Under the pieces are notes generated by a model. That model was not told where the DNA came from and ran no database searches. It saw nothing but the letters and a program-made list of their open reading frames with translations. 64,000 bases of DNA from Azolla caroliniana (taxonomy: Eukaryota > Plantae > Polypodiophyta), in the NCBI GenBank assembly GCA_043228905.1, contig JBHGNT010000022.1, positions 5,642,001 through 5,706,000 on the forward strand. Reading direction: 5' to 3'. Position 1 is the first letter of the stretch. Every line of letters starts with the position of its first letter. Shown piece by piece: positions 63,549 to 64,000 of this stretch. A program made the translations under genes and the position numbers.

Positions 63549-63862
63549 AAAACCGGAAACCGGTCGGTAAATAAATCCGGAAATCGGCCGGTAAGCAAAT
63601 CCGGAAAATGGGTCCGGTAAGCAAATCCGGAAACAGCCTGGTATGCAAACCGGAAACAGGCCGGTAAGCAAAACCGGAACCGGAACCGGCAAGCAAACCG
63701 GAACCGGAAACTGGCCGGTATGCAAACCGGAAACCGGCCGGTAAGCAAAACTGGAACCGGAACCGGTAAGCAAAACCGGAACCGACAAGCAAACCGGAAC
63801 TGGAAACAACCGGCAAGCAAAATTGGAACCGGAACCGGCCGGCAAGCAAAATGGAACCGGCT
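63549..63862 (+). repeat. CCGG-rich degenerate minisatellite in the Gypsy-5 LTR
   Basis: Repeated aaaccggaa(a)ccggccggtaagca variants. Confidence 0.9.
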
Positions 63863-64000
63863 ACCAGACGAGGTTGGACGCGGATGGACGAAATATTGGA
63901 TCATGCAACAAACTAAAGTAAAGTGAAGAGAACTAAAGTAAAGGCCATGTGGACGCAAGCAACTAAAGTTGGAGTGCATGCAAAAAGTAAAGGTCATGTG

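Larger units (their letters stand above)
62257..64000 (+). mobile_element. Gypsy-5, internally deleted Gypsy-3-like element (truncated 5' LTR, integrase tail, 3' LTR running off the window)
   Basis: LTR copies start tgtcgtgtgaatc at 62257 and 63240. PPT ggtgggggcgaa at 63228-63239, similar to Gypsy-3. Confidence 0.88.

Noticed and set aside
63383-63997. 204-aa Cys/Phe/Arg-rich ORF and overlapping ORFs
   Set aside because: A by-product of the stop-poor CCGG minisatellite in the LTR.

Overview
Land-plant nuclear DNA, most likely a fern or other seed-free plant (inferred from the retroelement lineages). The window holds the intron-free 3' half of an NCED (carotenoid cleavage dioxygenase) gene (1-829), about 2.4 kb of AT-rich flank, and then about 60 kb of nested retrotransposons. 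Most boundaries can be fixed by LTR termini, PBS/PPT and target-site duplications (TSDs). Nest A: old Copia-0 < LTR fragment < Copia-1 < Tcn1-like chromovirus Gypsy-1 < 5'-truncated LINE, plus two solo LTRs. Nest B: degenerate Gypsy-0 < Tcn1-like Gypsy-2, which was hit by Copia-2, by a tRNA-Trp-primed Gypsy-3 (itself carrying a solo LTR), by a 15.6-kb OTA-like Gypsy-4 (containing Copia-3 and an extra 3' coiled-coil ORF), and by further Gypsy-3-like LTRs at the right end. The most notable signals are: (i) tRNA-like A-box/B-box modules inside the LTRs of two different Gypsy lineages; (ii) a Gypsy lineage with 4-bp, CpG-centred target sites; (iii) a Tf1-type self-priming PBS; (iv) a conserved -1 frameshift cassette; (v) an extra ORF with a candidate promoter of its own in Gypsy-4. 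Element names are my working labels. Lineage calls come from motif recognition, not database searches.
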